Assembly: GCA_963734275.1 (NCBI GenBank)
Contig: CAVTGO010000008.1
Span: 32,718-96,717, forward strand
DNA from: an uncultured Actinomycetes bacterium
Lineage (GTDB): Bacteria > Actinomycetota > UBA4738 > HRBIN12
DNA: 64,000 bases
Direction: 5' to 3'
The notes under the pieces were generated by a model. The model was not told the DNA's origin. It did no database searches and saw nothing but the letters and a program-made list of their open reading frames with translations. Positions 62,038-64,000 of the stretch are shown here, piece after piece (position 1 is the stretch's first letter; the number at the start of each line of letters is the position of its first letter). The position numbers and the translations under genes are program-made.

Positions 62038-62855
62038 ATGTCCGAATTGCAGCCGCCTCATCAGGCGCCGCAGCGACTCCGCGCTGACGGTGAGTGGTGG
62101 GTTCTCATGGTCACCGACGGCATGACAATTGAGTATCCGCCCGAGCTCTATCGCGATCGCGAACACGCTGAGCTCGAAGGCGAACGATGGGCACACCTCC
62201 TGTCGGCCATATCCGGCCAGCCCGTCGAAAGGCCTTTCGAGGGGCGGTGGGAGATTGGCGACAGGTGGGTCCGGCTTGTGTGCTCGTTCCTTCCCGAGGA
62301 GGGGTCCGAGATCTGGGTCGGCACCCACTGGGGCCGAGATGGTTCACCCGAGCCGGAGGCAGCGCTCTTCGCAGATGCAGCCGAGGCGAGAACGTGGGCG
62401 CTGAGCCACGCACCGGCGCCATCCCGTTCGAAACTCACGAGACTCCTTGGACTGTTGTCGTCGGCCACCGAGTTCGAGGCGGCGAGGAGGAATCCGAGGT
62501 CCATCGCGGCAAGGTCGTCGCCGACCTCATGGCCCCATCTATCGACGGGTCCTCGACGACGGTGTACGGGTTCGAGGTGAGTGAGGGCCTCATCCCACAG
62601 GGCCCTAACCTGTTCGCAAGCCGAGAGGTCCGCAACGAGACTCTCCGGCGACTGCTGGAGGCCGAGATGACCCATCGGGATTGGCGAGACCTCGTCTCGG
62701 CCACCGCAGCTGGAAACTATGTCGAGAACGACCTGCCATCGAACTGGCAAGAAATGTGGACTGACAGTGTGGGTCTGGAGTGGTTACTCGGCTTCAACTT
62801 CGTCGGCGACGGGGATGACTTTGAGATCCGCTGCTTCGAAACGGCAATCGGCTAG
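62038..62855 (+). CDS. Hypothetical protein(s): either one gene with a frameshift near 62405-62425, or two overlapping genes (62038..62580 and 62529..62855)
   Basis: Two track ORFs in different frames both have protein-like stretches. No family recognised. GC is about 60%. Confidence 0.3.
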
Positions 62856-63032
62856 GCGGGTGAGCCGACAGGCGTGACCTACCGGTGGGTTGAATTCACC
62901 AGGGGCTTCGGTTGAGGACTTGATCCGGATCACCGGCAACGTGATCATGCCCTCGTGCCGACTTCATACCCTCGGTGGCGCCACTACCCGCTTTGGAGAA
63001 CCCCCGGACCCTGGGTAGCCGAGATTGTGGGC

Positions 63033-63254
63033 ATGGTGTCTGCAGCGGAAACGGGCATCTCCTCGTCGAGCGCACATCTTGAGAGCAACAAGGTCCTTGC
63101 GCATCTGGGTCCGGGATTGGAAGGGATCGGATTCGAAGTAGAGAAACGCGGAACCAAACTCGCCCGTCCGGTCCTCTTTGGCGATGAGGGAACTGTCTCG
63201 AAGTCCTTCAACGTGGACGCATTCAGGCTGGGAGATGGCGTGGCTCTGGAGATT
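63033..63254 (+). other. 5' fragment of a possible PD-(D/E)xK restriction-endonuclease-fold gene, cut off at the 63254/63255 junction
   Basis: Starts at ATG 63033: MVSAAETGISSSSAHLESNKVLAHLGPGLEGIGFEVEKRGTKLARPVLFGDEGTVSKSFNVDAFRLGDGVALEI. The D...(A/V)LE(I/V) pattern resembles nuclease cores. The assignment is speculative. Confidence 0.25.
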
Positions 63255-63767
63255 GTGCGCACCGCACGAGTGCTGGTCGCTTCCTATGTCACCGTCATTC
63301 GAAATCTGCCGCTCCTGGTGATCGTCCTTTTCGCCTATTTCGCCCTGCCGCGACTTGGTTTGCGACTTGGTAAGGTCGAGAGCTTCATAGCCTCGCTCGC
63401 ACTCTATGCAGGCGCCTATCTGACGGAGGTTTTCCGCGCCGGATTGGTGGGCGTCCCTAGAGGCGTTGTTGATGCAGGACTTGCCATCGGCCTCACAAGG
63501 TCCAGGGTTGCTCTTTATGTGGTCTTGCCGATTATGCTGCGCAATTCGCTTCCCGCGCTCGGCACGACATTTATCTCCTTATTCAAGGACACTTCGCTCG
63601 CCGCAACCATTGCAATTCAGGAGCTGACGTTTGTCGCCCGCAAGATCAATGTCGAGACTTTTCGTGTGGCCGAGGCCTGGCTCGCGGCGTCGGTTCTTTA
63701 TATTGCAACTTGCCTGATTCTGGCTGCCGGCCTGCGGCGGCTCGAACGGCAGTTCCCCAAATTTTGA
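63255..63767 (+). pseudogene. Polar amino-acid ABC transporter permease (HisQ/GlnP/OccQ type), 5'-truncated
   Basis: Contains ...YVTVIRNLPLLVIVLFAYFALP...YAGAYLTEVFRAG...LPALGTTFISLFKDTSLAATIAIQELT..., including the EAA-loop region. About 50-60 N-terminal residues are missing and it has no start or RBS of its own. It is read through from the preceding fragment only by chance frame continuity. GC is about 57%. Confidence 0.8.
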
Positions 63768-63776
63768 GGCGTGCAT

Positions 63777-64000
63777 GGATGCTTTTGTTCGCGAACTGAC
63801 GATTGCCGCCGGGCCGCTGCTCGACGGCTTTACCCTCACCATTTGGATTTCCGTATTTGTGATCACCTTGGGCTCACTCGTCGGGATCCTGTTCGGTGTT
63901 CTTCTCACTTACGGTTTTCGGCCGCTGCGCTGGCTCATTCGCGGTTATGTCGATGCAATTCGCGGAACGCCGGTCCTCGTCCTGATCCTCGCTTCGTATT
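63777..64000 (+). CDS. Polar amino-acid ABC transporter permease (second permease, HisM/OccM type), partial at the window end
   Basis: The ATG at 63777 lies 9 nt after the upstream stop, with a GAGG SD. Hand translation gives MDAFVRELTIAAGPLLDGFTLTIWISVFVITLGSLVGILFGVLLTYGFRPLRWLIRGYVDAIRGTPVLVLILASY. Not in the track because there is no stop in the window. Confidence 0.8.

Noticed and set aside
62955-63767. The track ORF of 270 aa taken as one protein.
   Set aside because: It is a chance in-frame fusion across the 63254/63255 junction of two unrelated fragments, a nuclease-like N-terminus and a 5'-truncated ABC permease. GC content and codon usage differ between the two.

Overview
High-GC (about 70-72%) actinobacterial-type chromosome segment, densely coding and mostly on the minus strand. 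As far as I recall it, the gene order resembles the Mycobacterium tuberculosis Rv3240c-Rv3265c region: secA, hpf, comF, ahcY, pmi, manB, whiB, fbiA/fbiB, manC, wbbL. Left to right the window contains:
- a MoxR/DUF58/transglutaminase operon, two CrtI-like FAD oxidoreductases, and a GcvT-like gene
- an alkaline-phosphatase-family gene, an aminotransferase, two-subunit aconitase X, and a YCII/ECF-sigma pair
- tmRNA, smpB, ftsEX, and prfB with its programmed +1 frameshift
- a Ser/Thr kinase, a cyclase-STAND protein, secA, an MFS transporter, a response regulator, hpf and comF
- an ahcY-pnp-pmi-trm112-manB block, an L,D-transpeptidase, and a DUF5719 gene with a giant GT2 membrane protein
- a very basic repeat protein, whiB, fbiC/fbiA/fbiB, a nucleobase permease, a DUF3105 triplet, and SpoIID
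- a manC-wbbL-ABC transporter-GT4 surface-glycan locus

Things I would look at again:
1. About 56.8-62.4 kb shows at least 16 reading-frame changes. Four glycan genes and an HNH gene are broken, while the preceding 56 kb has a single break, in secA at a G7 run.
2. From about 61.0 kb a lower-GC (about 60%) island carries restriction-like genes. It ends at 63254/63255 in an abrupt join to about 57% GC DNA that encodes a 5'-truncated amino-acid ABC permease operon.
3. Three features are built from repeats: an HPF with an (Glu-Thr)n tail encoded by a (GGTCTC)16 microsatellite, a 115-aa Lys/Arg/Ala repeat protein beside whiB, and a 12-bp tandem array in a divergent promoter region.
4. A perfect 22-bp palindrome abuts the whiB ribosome-binding site.

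I saw no CRISPR array, rRNA or tRNA gene. I cannot point to a clearly novel multi-gene system. The long antisense ORFs in the track are high-GC shadow ORFs.
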